The notes under the pieces are model-generated. The model saw only the letters and a program-made list of their open reading frames with translations, searched no databases and had not been told where the DNA came from. A DNA stretch of 64,000 bases, taken from positions 44,704,001-44,768,000 of the forward strand of contig NC_045697.1 of the NCBI RefSeq assembly GCF_009834535.1, read 5' to 3'. The DNA comes from Camelus ferus. Lineage: Eukaryota. Within the stretch, counting starts at the first letter, position 1; each line of letters begins with the position of its first letter. Position numbers and translations under genes: made by a program. This document shows positions 11,977 through 24,260 of the stretch, one piece after another.

Positions 11977-12459
11977 TGCATCCTGGGTCTCTGTTGTTGC
12001 TCTACCAGCAAGGTAGATAGCAGGAGATAGGTGTAGGGGTGATTCAGGCCCCGGGGAAGCTCTGGGCAATGCTTTTTTTGCTGTCAAGGCAGAGTCAGTG
12101 GGTGGTTGCCCTTCAGAAATGTGTATTTTCTCTTGACACTGTAGGATGCAAGATAGCAGAGGGGAGGCAGCAAAAAGAGGAAGAGCTAGCTCATCAGAGG
12201 AATGAGTCTAGATGGCAAGTGAATGTGTAGCCCCTTTGAATGAATAGCGTCACAAGAAAATGCCTCTGCTCGCTACAAATCACCAGTGCAGTTAGAAACT
12301 TTCTTATTTCAATCAGTGTTTAGGAGAGCCTTCCTTGCACCTAAATCATAAATTACTCATATGGCAAGTGACTGTAAATTTTCTTTCTGCTCCTCATATT
12401 CCATACTTCTTAAGTTCCACTCCCCCAGATGAACATTACCTGTTCGTTGCCAGCTTTTT

Positions 12460-12630
12460 GTGATGCAGTACTGTGTAGTAGCAAAAACACAGACTTGATT
12501 GGTGGCTGTCCTAGCTTTGGTTCCTGGCTTTGCCACTAACCTGCTGTGTGGGATTGGACAGTCTTTTAAATTCTCGATTTCTTACCTTTAAAATAATACA
12601 TAGTTGTAATGATAGTCAAATGAAGTGCCA
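12460..12630 (+). mobile_element. MIR fragment
   Basis: gttcctggctttgccactaacctgctgtgtgggattggacagtc. Confidence 0.7.
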
Positions 12631-12639
12631 CGAGCTGAA

Positions 12640-13505
12640 AAAAATAACAGCTAACCTGTACTGAGTTCTTATTATAAGTAGCACAAAATAAGACACTGTT
12701 CTAAGTATTTAAAATGCATACATGTATGTATTCCTCTGAATAATCACATGGTAAGCTGGATTCTAGATAGCTCTATGGCTTTCACACCTGGTGTTACTTC
12801 TGTGATTATGTTACATAATGTGGCAAAAGAGACTTTGAAGATGTGATTAAGGTGACTAATAGTTGTCCTTAAGATAGGAAGACTATCTAAGTGGGCTTGG
12901 ATATTATAGTCATGTAACCACATGAGCCCCTTTAAAGCAAAAGTTTTCTCTGGCTATTGGCAAAAATAGAAGTCAGGGAGATTTGAAGCATGAGAAGGAC
13001 TCAAGGCAACTGTTCCTTAGAAAATGGAAGAGGTCATATGAGGAGCCTGGGCAGCCTCTCCAAGCAGAGGTCGGGCTCCCTGCTGACAACTGATAAGGAA
13101 ACAAGGGCTTCAGACCTATAGCTGCAAGGAACTGGATTCTGTCAATAACCTGTGTTTGGAAGTGCATTCTTCTCAGAGCCTCCAGATGAGAGCCCAGCTG
13201 GCTGTATCTTGGTTTCAGCCTTGTGGGATTCTAAGCAGGGAACCCAGTTGAGCCCGCTAAACTTCTAACCCACAGAGCTGCAAGATAATGAATGGGTGTT
13301 TTTTAAGATGCTAAGTTGTGACAACAATAGAAGAAGAATACAGGTTGCATGCAGTAGCTACCTTTATTCTTATGCCTGTTTTGCAGATGAGGAAACTGAA
13401 GCACAGAGAAGACACTTGTCTGAAGTCTCACAGCTATTAAATATCAGAAGTGGGATGGAGGTAGTCTGTCCCCAGAGCCCACAGTCTGTCACAGCAACAC
13501 AGTGC
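12640..13505 (-). mobile_element. MIR split by MLT1 LTR
   Basis: Left part aataacagctaacctgtactgag...; right part tttgcagatgaggaaactgaagcacagaga after 13343. Confidence 0.7.
12748..13342 (+). mobile_element. MLT1(E/F)-type MaLR solo LTR
   Basis: ggcaaaagagactttgaagatgtgattaaggt...cctatagctgcaaggaactggattctgtcaataacc...gagcctccagatgagagcccag; ends aataca. Confidence 0.88.
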
Positions 13506-14202
13506 CTGAGACGTTTGTGGGTACTCATTGCGTATTAATTTTCCTTCTCGTCTCTTTTTAGTGTAGCTTAGAGGGCACCCAGCTGCCACATTTCTCGATT
13601 TTGCCGCTGGTGGGTGTCTGGTGTTATGGCACTGGGTTTGGGATAAAGATTGCATACTTGGAGCATTATTTTCATTCATGGGAGTAGGTCTTTTTATAAT
13701 ATAACAAATCTGAATATTTCATAGGCCATAGAATACAAAAGGTAAAACCAGAGATTTCAAAGAAACTATGTTTTTGATGATCTCTTTACTGTGAAAAATA
13801 CTTGATTAAAAAATAGTCTGAGACGCACTGAGCTGATATAGTCAAATTAATTTACACCTTTTCTTCCCATTTTCTTTCCTAAACTCACAGTGAGTTTGCT
13901 GTACCAGCTAGAATTCCTGAATGAGAATCAGGAAATGTGGACCCAGCTATTCATCGCCATCCATCCAACCATCCATCTTCTATTCATGGAGTCAAACAAG
14001 CATTTGTAGAATGCTGCTATTTGCCTGGAGTGTCTCGAATACAATGTGACTTGATGAAGTAATACAAACTTTTCTAGTTCTGCTTCCTTGCATTTAAAAC
14101 TAGGCGATTTGAAAAACCTTTCTCTAGGGTCTCTCTATTAACAAATGAATGCTTTTTACAGTTCTTGTATGTGCTGACCTCTGGATTTGACAAAGAAGGA
14201 CA

Positions 14203-14380
14203 ATGTTTCAAAGTCCAGCCTGGGCACCACCTGCATCAGAATCTGCTCAGTGAAAAAGCAGATCCTGAGGCTGCCCCAAACCTTCTGAATCAGAAACACT
14301 GGGAGTTGGGGCCCAGGACTTCTGGTTTTAACCAAGTTCTCCGGGTTATTCTCATGCACACTTAAAGTTTGAAAGGATAC
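14203..14380. mobile_element. MER5-like hAT-Charlie MITE
   Basis: caccacctgcatcagaatc...ctgaatcagaaacactggg...ttttaaccaagttctccgggttattctcatgcacacttaaagtttgaaa. Confidence 0.8.
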
Positions 14381-14639
14381 GAAATAAAGATATAACATAG
14401 GCTCTGTGTCCTAAAAATATCTCCCTTATTAAAAGACAAGCCTTACAGGTTTGGAAAGAGAAACAGGGCATACCTGCGTGTATCGGTCTCCTGGCCGTCT
14501 CCCCCACCCCCACCGGAACCTGCGACCCCAGCCAAGGCTGTGATTATGGAGCGCATCTGGCCCAGCTCCTGTGCCTGCAAAGTCACCTTCCCCCTTCTGG
14601 GGCTTACCCCCATTCAGTCACAGGGGTTAAGGTGAGAAC

Positions 14640-15480
14640 GTGTGCGGGAGTTCCCCCTCCCAGGCTTCGGGAGCCTTCCCTTTCCCAGAGGGAGGGTGGG
14701 GCTGGCGCAGCTCGTGCTTTGCAGCGGTAACCCGCCGGTCAGCCCCGGCCTGAGGCAGCCTTTTCCACCTCCTTCGGCGCGGAGAGGGGAACTGGGGAAG
14801 CGGGTCACCCCGGCCGGCCCGGTAAGCAGACCCTCCCGGCCTTAGCCTCTAGCTCTCCCGCGGAGCGTCAGGCCTCGGCCACAGCCGAGCGGCGTGGCCG
14901 AGGCGTGGTGCCCGGAGCCGGGCCGCCAGTGCCCGCGCCTCGGCGCTCTGCCCGCCGGTGCCCTTGCCGGCGCGCGGCGCCCGTCCTGCGGCGCGTTGGC
15001 CCTCCCGCCACCCCCTCGGCGGGGCCCTTCCCTTTACTCTGGTGATAGTGACATTCAGCGGGAAAGGCGAGCGCAGACGGCAGCGCCCCGCTCCCGCGGC
15101 GCGTGCGGCTCGGGCGGTGGACCTGGCCGCGCGCACTCGCACCCCGCACCCCGGGCGGCGGCGGCCCGGCAGCCGGCGCGCTCGCCCCCGGCCCCGCCCG
15201 GGCCCGGCCCGGCCGCGGGCAGCCCTCAGCCCCGGGCCGCACAGACCGGCCGGCTGCGGGTGAGACCTCGCCGCTCCGGCTCTCGCGCAGGGAAAGGACG
15301 GATCCGGCGCCTCGGGAGAGACCCTGCCTCACTGCTCGTATATGGCAAAGTTTCTCGCCAAGCTCTTGGGCTGCACGTTGCCGAGCAAGGGCGCCTCTCC
15401 CATGTTTGAGGTAGGTGGAGGGTGTGTCCCCGCAGCGACGGCCGTCTGCGGTGGCCGGCGACCCCTGACTGGGGCCCTGT
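14640..15480. promoter_or_regulatory. CpG-island promoter
   Basis: The only very GC-rich, CpG-dense block in an otherwise CpG-depleted window; GC-boxes (gggcgg); NF-kB-like GGGAGTTCCC at 14646-14655; no clear TATA box. Confidence 0.93.
15040..15259 (+). other. Probable non-coding first exon of an unidentified + strand gene (start approximate)
   Basis: Core of the CpG island, no ATG in this stretch, ends at donor CGG|GTGAGA (GT at 15260); downstream DNA is T-rich with antisense-biased L1s, as expected for a + strand intron. Confidence 0.5.
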
Positions 15481-18469
15481 ACCGTCTCACTTGCTTGCTT
15501 TCCACCTGCAAGTCTGGGGTGGGGCAGGGAGGATGGTCGGGGGAGACCAGAAGCCCGGGAGCCTGAATTCTTGCTTCCCTGGACTCAGTGAATCTTTTTT
15601 TACTCCCTTCTCCAGTTGACAGGTCAACACGTTTTCTGTCAATCTGGACGAGTTTTGAGAGTTGCTCTTTACCTAAAATACCACGAATGTCCGAAAATGA
15701 GGGGTATCCTGCCGTCCCTCTTTGCTGCCTAATATGTTTTTCCTTTTCACCTGAAAAAAAAAAAAAAGCAATACGTGCAAGCTTTCAGAAGGTTCCCACC
15801 TTCCCGCCTCCTCTACTCCCCTCCCCCAATCTCCAGCACACCGCAAACTCCGTTGAAGTTAACTCATTTCTTCTTCTGGGAGTGAGATACATTGGGGACG
15901 AGAAGGGTTAAAATGCCAAGTCAGGTGAACAAATCGCAGTTCTGAAGGCAGGTCCATCTAATTGCTCACACCTGTCTGAGGTGGCGGTGATGCTGCTCTA
16001 AGCATCCCTGCAAGGGGTGGTTTATGAGAATGCTGGCTTGCTTCCCCTCCTGGGGCCGAAGGTGGTATCAACTGCTTTATAGGAAACCTATATTGGCCAC
16101 TCAGTGGGGACAGATTCACACTGTGCAGAGGCAGCCTCCCAAACCCCCAGCTCCGAGTGGGAACAATGTGTATCTTTTGTCTCTGTCTACTCCTGGCCTC
16201 CCCTAACAGACTGCCTGACTACTGACTACTGGGCCTGGACCAGAGGAAGGTGGCTGTGGCCAGGTTAACCAGTGCTGCAGCGTGTGCCTACCCGGCACTC
16301 CTCCCTCAGTCCTAGGCCTCAGACAACTTTCCCTGCCAGACCCAGGTTGCTTCAGGAGCTGCCTCAGCCCTCTGTCTGCAGTTTCCTGACCAGCTAGAGA
16401 GAAACCAGACTGAAATACCTGGGTACTTGGTAGCCTGAAATCTCAACAACTGTGAGGAGCCGGGAGAAGTAAAAGTTGTCCAGGCCTGCAGATAAAATTA
16501 GCTACTTCCTGTGGCACATGGCATCTCTGCCCATTTGCTTCTCTGTGACGTAAATGTTAGGCAGCATCTGGGGGTCGTTCTAGAGACCTGAGATACTCCT
16601 TTAAAATTGCTTTTCTCCTTGGCTTTCTCTTCACTTGTATTTGGATTTTTGTTCTTAAATTACCAGATCCCATGCCGAGCAATTTCGGTTGTATGTGCTG
16701 CTTTTGGGTTGTATATTTTTGCCTGTTTTATACTCCAGCCAATTGATGCCCCACCTTGATTTCTTAGAACAATTGGCTCCCAGTCATTGCTGGGAGGAGG
16801 GGGCCTCAAAAACTAGTCACAGACCTATTTTGACAGTTGAGAAAATGAGTGGCTGTTTTGTCTTTGAAGAGCTCTAGGGAAAGGGAATTCGGTGCTTGGT
16901 AACTCCTTACATCTTGCTCTGTGTTATTTTAATAACAAACTTGAGGCAGGCGCTGCTGTAGCATCTGCTCTCTCCTTTCTACAGATGATTGATTCAGTGT
17001 TGGCTGAATCAACCCCAAATACTTCACCCGGGTATCACTTTTAATCACTGTTGCTGGAAGTGTTAAGTGATCATCCGTTTCCTACCTGTGGGGGAAAACC
17101 TTTGCTCCCAGAGAAATGAGTAACTGAGTCAGTAATGTGTTTCGAGGATGCTTTCTGCTCAGGCAATAACACCCTTCAGCACACTCTTACTCATAAATGA
17201 AGAGGCAGTTGTTGAGAGCTCTCTGCATCTGGGAAGGAGAGAAATGTGTGAGAAAGAGGGTTCTTAAACCTTTCTAAATATTCATATCCTAAAAGTGGAG
17301 GCAGTGCTAGGATGTGAGAGGATTTTAGGCAGCTTTTCATTTCCACCAAATGCTCTCATTCTAACTTCGGAGGTTACCTTTAGTTTCAGGGAGATCAAGA
17401 GTGGAGATGGATGTTTTCACAGCGCGTGGTCTTTGGTTTCATTTTGGTCAGGAGGTGGGCCAAGAATGTAGTTTCTCCCTGCACAGGCCAAATAGGCTTG
17501 CACAGAGGAGATTCTGCCTGAAAGAGTACTGAGTCCCGATGGGACCTCTTGTGTGTTTGCAGTTGTCTGACAACTGGGTGACAGGTTATGGAGAACATGG
17601 GAGCAAAAAGTCACTGTGCTTGAAAGACGACGCCCGTGCGTGCTCTGCTGCGTCATCTTCAGAGGCTAAGGACAGATGGTGTGCTTTTGAAACACAGGAT
17701 GTCTTCATGATCTTTTTGTTATCCTTTCCTTCTTCTTTGTCAAGTATTTAAGTTTACAAACCAAGTCTTTGAGAAGTAATTTTAAAATTTCAAGAAAAAG
17801 CAAAGGATGCCAAGTTTACCCCAGCCGCATCAGTGCCCTGAGCACCGGGCTAGATGTTTGGAATGATGTTGGCGCCCCACCAAGGCAGGGCCCCTGCAGA
17901 ATGAGTGGGCTTGCTGGGTATCCAGCTGTCTAGAAAGGTGGGGCTTGCTGAGCACACAGCTAAGGGTTTCAAACCTAGCAGGTTCTGCTTATATGTGTCC
18001 TGTGTGCTTGGGTGGATGGATGTCTGGCCCTGGCATCCATACCTTCGCCTTTAAGCTCTGGTGTATTATGAACCTGTCTCCCTCCTCCAGCCTCAGTGTT
18101 GCTTTGCGTTGTACCTCAGGGCTAGTAGTGATGGGTCGGGCTCCAGGACAGGAAGTGACAGAATTACATAGTCAGAGGTGATGGCTTTTTCTTCTTCCAG
18201 GCCTCTCTTCCCTCAGTCTACAAACCTGCATTTTTAATCCTTCCATCCTTTGTCATTTAATGGTGGGGGGACCTTTCAGCAGCCCTGCTGGACAGAACAC
18301 ATCTGGCTCCACAGAAAAAGGCTGTCAGTTCCACGCCCACTGTTCATGGATGTGGTCTCTAGAATTGTTGCTCCTCATGGATATTTACTTATTTCCACAT
18401 TCTCTTTTCTGATCCCACCAGTACTTCTGCCTCACTGCAACTACAGCTTTATTTAAATTTATCCATAAT

Positions 18470-18660
18470 ACATAATAACTATCACTTATTGCCTTCTCTG
18501 GGCCAGGCATTATTCCAAGGGCATAATATACCTGGTATCAGCTATCCTCTCAATAGTTTCACAGTATAGGTGTTAACAGCCATGTTTTCCAGATGGAGAA
18601 AATTAAGGTTTAGAGAGTTTAGGTAATTTGCTTAACGCCACTCTGGTAATATGGGCTACC
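18470..18660 (-). mobile_element. MIR SINE
   Basis: tttccagatggagaaaattaaggtttagagagtttaggtaatttgct. Confidence 0.7.
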
Positions 18661-18984
18661 GTGAGGATCTCAAGGTTCACCTCCCTCAACTCCTCAACTG
18701 TGGTGACTTGGTGTTTAGGGTTTTGCTTTGTTTTGCTTTTTGTGTTCTACCTCAGCTTCCTTTCTAGATGTACTCTTTCTCTTTGGAAGTAGGAAAGGCA
18801 GCCCCCCACTCTTTCAGTTTCTTTCTTTCGTTGCTTCACTCTCACTGTGGTACCACTGGGATGGCATAAGTACCTTACTCCTGGAAGGGTTCAATCCAAG
18901 GTTGACTGAACTCAGAGGGATTGTTAAGGGAAAGATTCAGGGTCAATCGTGGTGACCCTTCACAGGCAACTTCCATCTGTGGAG

Positions 18985-19155
18985 CATTTCCTGTATGTTG
19001 TCCTGTCTTACTCTCCTATAATATTGAGAAGGAAGTCGTGTTGTCGTCCCTGTTGCAGAAATGAGGAAGCCAAGGCTCAGTCATTACATGAATTGTCCAA
19101 GGTCACTACCTACTAAGGGTCTGATCTGGGAGGTAAATCCTGGACTCTGATGTGG
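18985..19155 (-). mobile_element. MIR SINE
   Basis: gcagaaatgaggaagccaaggctcag...ttgtccaaggtcact. Confidence 0.7.
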
Positions 19156-19179
19156 CATGCCTTGCCAGCCAGCTGGGAT

Positions 19180-19910
19180 TGATTTACCTCATCTTTTTCT
19201 TGCCTCTGATCTCTGTCTCACCCACTCTGTCTTTTGGACTATAGCCAAAGTCATCTTCCTTAATAGCCCAATTCAACACAGTATCCCATTTATAGATCCC
19301 AGATCCTTTGGTGGTTCACCATTGCATGCAGGTTCAGCAGGGTGCATGATTCCCCTCGACAGTGTATTCCTACCTCATTTTCTTGTCCAGTCTTACCTTC
19401 CTCCTCTTATCTTTCCAGTATTCCAGAAACTTTAGTCTATTCCGATTTCCTGATCATGTCCTCTCAACTCCTGGCTGTTCCTCTGCCTGGAATATTCTTC
19501 CCCTAATATTCACCTATTGATGTCTCTCCTTTCTTCAGCTCAAATCTTATCTCCAGATCCACCCCTTGGGCATCATCCAGCTCCCCACACAGGCCCACTG
19601 ATGTTAGTTGTGTTTGTTTCTCTATGAGACCTTGGACAACTTTCTCTTGTAACTTCTCAGTGCTTCAGTTTTCTGTGTTCAATGGGGATAATAGCAGTGC
19701 TGAATGATAACAGCAGGGCGGTGAGGGCCAAATGAGTTAATGCCTGGAAAGTACTTGGAATAGGGCTCAATGCATGGTATTTGCTGAGGTTCCTGCCTGT
19801 GTGTCTCTGACCTCTTCAGCCTCAAGAGCTGAGTACTTTTTCCCCTCATAGCACCTAGCAGAGGATTTTACACATAGTTTTGCACCAGATAAATGTCTGA
19901 TGGGTTGAAC
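19180..19910 (+). mobile_element. LINE-2 3' region interrupted by a + strand MIR (~19620-19790)
   Basis: ctggctgttcctctgcctggaatattcttccc...cagctcaaatc; MIR gaccttggacaac...cttcagttttctgtgttcaatggggataatag; L2 end cctcatagcacctagca...taaatgtctgatgggttgaa. Confidence 0.65.
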
Positions 19911-19944
19911 TGATCTTTCATTCCTGAAAGTTCATGATTTTCTT

Positions 19945-20027
19945 TGCCCTTGAATTATTTGTTGCTTATCAGAAATTCCAATTTAACCAGCATCTGGTAT
20001 TTTTATTTGCTACATCTGGCAACCCTG
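19945..20027. mobile_element. MER53-like hAT MITE end
   Basis: tcagaaattccaatttaaccagcatctggtatttttatttgctacatctggcaaccctg. Confidence 0.7.
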
Positions 20028-20417
20028 TCTTACCTTCTTCCTCTTCCCCTCAGCACCCAGCTCCTAGAGACCAATCCCTCTCAGTTGGGGAAGACTTGTC
20101 CCCATCCTTCCCTCTTTATAGCTACTGTGCCAGAGGTCCTGTCCCAGGCCAAGGGTACCACCTCTAGGGACTTGCAGCCGAGCAGCTGTCTATACCCAAT
20201 GCCTGACTAGTGAGCAGGCTTGATAAGTGATGATAAAGCTAGCAAACTTCCCACTCCAAGTGCCAGAGCTGTGGCTGAGAGAGGCGTATTACTGGCATTC
20301 TGTTTATTCATTCTTCACGTGTTCGCTGGTTCACTCAGTCATTTACTCATTTAACAAATGTTAAATGCCAGCTTTGTGCTAGATGCCCCATGGAAGCCTT
20401 GCTAAGAGACATTCAAA

Positions 20418-20672
20418 CAGTTATGGCTGTGACCCACAGTCAGAAATATCTTTTACTTAGCAATACTGAATGCACATAGCTATTTATACCTATAACTCTG
20501 AAATTAAGTTTCAAGAATAATACTTTTCCTTATGATGGGGATGTACTCTGATGTATGCAATTCTGTTCTTTCCTTTCCGTTCCATTTCGTCCATTCTATT
20601 AAGAATTAAACTGGGAAAGACTCACTGAATTGATTTCATGAGTTGTGACTCATAAATTGAAAAGCGCTGCTG
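20418..20672. mobile_element. hAT-Charlie-type MITE
   Basis: tgtgacccacagtcagaaatatcttttac...actgaattgatttcatga...ttgaaaagcgctg. Confidence 0.6.
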
Positions 20673-21094
20673 TATGGGATGGTAAGATTCTATTTGCACA
20701 GAACAGTTTGTATCACTTCATTATCCCCAAACTGTACTTGCACATTACTGTACTATACATTGGGGGATTTTTTTTTTTTTTTTTGGTCTATCTTGGGAAG
20801 CCAGTCACCATGCAGAACATTATTTTGGGGGGAGAAAATATTTTCAGAGTTTTAAACATCTAACTTACCAAATAACTTTTGATGAATATCCTGCCTCTAA
20901 ATTGGGTAAAAGGTTTGGTCAGGTTACATGGGCATATTTCATGACATGGTTTTTTATTTTGAACACTGTACTCAAATTTCAGTTTATTTCTCTCTTTGCA
21001 TCTGGTAACAACAGATTTGCTCCATGGGTTGGATTGACTTCCTAGCCTACATTTAGTGGGTCTTTCCATTTATAAATATATATATATATATATT

Positions 21095-21218
21095 TGTTGT
21101 TGTTGTTGTTGTTTTATTTTTTCTTTTTTTCCCTTTAAGAGAGGCACTGGTGATTGAACCCAGGACCTTGTGCATGACAAGCACATGTTCTACCACTGAA
21201 CTATACCATCCACCCCCT
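21095..21218 (-). mobile_element. tRNA-derived camelid SINE (Vic-1-like), diverged
   Basis: ggcactggtgattgaacccaggaccttgtgcatgacaagcacatgttctaccactgaactatacc; (TTG)n/T tail; imperfect TSD tccatttataaat / tccagttatatat. Confidence 0.85.
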
Positions 21219-22699
21219 CCAGTTATATATTTTAATTGACCCTATCCCTTCCCCCTTGAAGGGAGTTTATGCTTTGAAGCAGTTTCTTCCCTCTAATTTG
21301 CCTGGTGAAGATCTTGATTTTATCCATTACAATGAGCTCCTTTGTTGGTTTAAATGAATCTTGCACACTCTCATCCACTTGATCATTCTGATCGGCTTCA
21401 AGCATCTAAAGGATGAACCATGTGGTCTGGCTGTTTTGAAAGCAAATAACTTGGATGAGTGTGGCGGTAGCTTCAGTGATTGGATGTTGGTGGATGATCA
21501 TAAAGGATAAGTTTACTTTAAGAATAATAGCTCCTGTTGCCACAGCTGGGATTCCTATGAGGGTCATTTGAATTTTAAGCTAATGGGTACTGAGTTTGCC
21601 TTTTAAATTTACCATTCAGTTGATTTGAGGGCCAACTGGATGTCTCTACCACATCTGAGCCATTATATACACACGGGCAACTCTGCTTACCTTTTGTGTT
21701 AGCTGCTTTTAAACCCTGCATGTGGTCCTAAATGCACGCATTTCACTTATAAGAATATTTGGTCCCATTATGATTACATCTGTCTAATGGCTGCGTGCTG
21801 AGAAACTGTTACATGATTTTCTCCTTTTTTTGTATTTTGATAAGGAAAGGCTGGTGTTTCACATCTGTCAGATCGCCAGTGCTGGCTGCATGTCACAGGG
21901 AGCAGGGTTAGGAGCTTAACTCTTTGGTTTATTTCCTTCTGCTTAGGTCTTTTCAATTTGTAGTGATGTTCTTGTACATTATGAATTTCTACTTTGCAAA
22001 TCTTTGATAAGACACAATAGGTCTAGTAGTGATGTTTATATTAGGAAAGCTCTACCTACTTAGAGTTGCCTATGGAAGTGGCCTATAAATAAAAGTACAA
22101 CTTTAATTTGAATTTTGTGAGGAGTAAGGACTGTGCTTTCCACCCTTGGAGAGTCTTAAAAGTATTCTAGGCCTATTTCTCCAAATACCTATAGTATATT
22201 AACGATATTCTATGTCTCTTTCAAACCTCTACATTTTCAAACCAAAATAGAGGACTCATCATCCTGCTCCCACGTGAAACCCACTTCTCCTTCTAACTCC
22301 ATCGTCAGCCAAAAGCCCCACACGTCCACGTCTTTTTTTTTTTTTTTTTTTTAACTCAGAGTAGCATTTTGGTACCATCTTTCCTTCCTTCCTTTTCTTT
22401 TTCCTTCGTGAACAGTTTGTCAGTGACTCCTGTAGATTTTTTCTTGCCTTTATGGCTTTCTTTTTATTCCTACTAGTCATCATCCACTGACCTGACAAGC
22501 ATTTATTGAGTATGTGCTATGACCAAGCTCTGGTGGGGTCTGTAGGGGATTTCTCCATAAGCCCCTAATTAGCTTGCTTCCCTGAAGTCTCCCTCCTCGC
22601 CCCTTTTCCTGGATGCGCTGCTAGTGTACCACAGAGCCTTTTCATTGTTACTTTCCTGTGTGAGAGTCTTCATGACTTTCTATTTCCAAAGGCTCAGGG

Positions 22700-23360
22700 C
22701 TCTAAATTCTGCCTAGGTTGTTTGTAAGGTATTCACTTAAGTGTCTCACCCTGCCCGCCCGACTTTGCTTCCTGCCGTTGACTTCCTTCAGGGATCCTCC
22801 CGTGTCCCTTCTTGCCCTGTGCCTTTGTTTATGCTCTTTGTCTATCCTGCTGTGTGAGGACCTCTCCTCATTCTTTCCATTCTTCCTACCTAAACGCTAT
22901 CGAATCTTCAGAGCTGTAGTAAAGACCCAGCCCTTCATGAAGCCTTCCCTAAATAAAGCAAAGAGGCTAGGAGTACACAGGCTGGCAAATCAAATGCTAA
23001 GTTTGACTTCCAATCTTAGCTCCCTCACTTCCTAACAATGTGCCCTTAATTAAGTAAATTACTTGCTTGTGTCTCACTTTTATTTTCTGCAAAATTAAAA
23101 TGATAATAGTAGTTATCTTACTGAGTTGTTATGAGGATTAGATAATTCAAATAAAATACTTAGCATAGTACCTGGCATGTGGTAATTGACAAAAATAAAT
23201 AATAATAATCATTATAGTTACTATAACATACATTTTCACCTTGATCCCCATACCCTGAGTATTCTCTCTTCTTTGACTATTTTAGAACATACCTTATACT
23301 TTTCTGAATTCTCTACAGTGCTGAACACAATATAGGTGCTCAATCAATGCTTATTAATTT
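22700..23360 (+). mobile_element. LINE-2 fragments flanking a + strand MIR (~22960-23200)
   Basis: ccttcatgaagccttccct; MIR cacttcctaacaatgtgcccttaattaagtaaatt...gagttgttatgaggattaga...tagcatagtacctggcatgtggta; L2 end acagtgctgaacacaatataggtgctcaatcaatgc. Confidence 0.65.
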
Positions 23361-24029
23361 TGAAAACATGCCATATACTGTTTTATCAAAATCTGGGAAC
23401 TGACTTATTTCTGCATATATTTAATTGTATTTCATGGAAATATGACAGCCACTGTCCTTCAGTGACTTGCCCCCTCATCTGTGGGATGTATGTTGATGCT
23501 AACTTAGGCTGCAGTTGGATGAATGATGACAATGCACTTTTACATGCAACTGTGGCAGAAGCAGGACTTGAAAAATGTGCCAGTTGTAAATGCCATTTAA
23601 ATGGAATTCGACCATAGATTGCAATACAATTAAACAAAGCGTATTTTTAATTTTTCAATTGGTTTGCAGAACATGTATCCTCAAAATAGGTCAAGTGAAG
23701 CAAATCCATGCCATAAGTCAAGATTTTAGTCCTCAGACTTTTATGTTCTAAGCTGTTGATGGAGAATTCTGGCTTAAAGTCAGGTTAGATTATTCCGAAA
23801 TTAATTTACTCCAAAGAACATTTACCCAGTGGGCTGCCTTATCATTTCCAGTGGGAAAGAGGCAGTAATGATGCCCTGCTTCCCTGGAAAACTCTGTTAG
23901 ATGGACTGAGAGCATGGGAATTTACTGTCATGGAGATTATTTGAATTTGGTTGAAAGTCTAGTGAGGATGCCTACAGAGAGGCACATGGGCTGAAAACTA
24001 AAGAGAGTCAGCGTTATGAATTGCAAAGA

Positions 24030-24260
24030 ACCTATACCCGGAGCCTTAAGATCTGGATTCTGAGCCTGGCTCATCTCCTCACTAGCTGAATGCAACTGGA
24101 GGAAATCTCCTTACCTCTCGGAGTGTCAATTTTCATAGCTCTAAATTGCAAGGATCAATACTTGATTTGCTTTACTCACAGAAATGATGTGAGGCTCTAG
24201 TGTGGTAATAAATGTGAAAGTCCTTTATGAAATATCAAGCATTATACAAATGTGAATTGC
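24030..24260 (+). mobile_element. MIR SINE
   Basis: gatctggattctgagcctggctc...cactagctgaatgcaactggaggaaatctccttacctctcgg. Confidence 0.7.

Noticed and set aside
15040..15259. Assigning a gene symbol to the promoter
   Set aside because: No coding sequence in the window and I cannot reliably recognise the 5'UTR; needs BLAST or synteny.
14614..15619. Many overlapping ORFs up to 171 aa in the CpG island
   Set aside because: Ala/Arg/Pro/Gly-rich frames open on both strands because GC-rich DNA has few stops; no recognisable domain.
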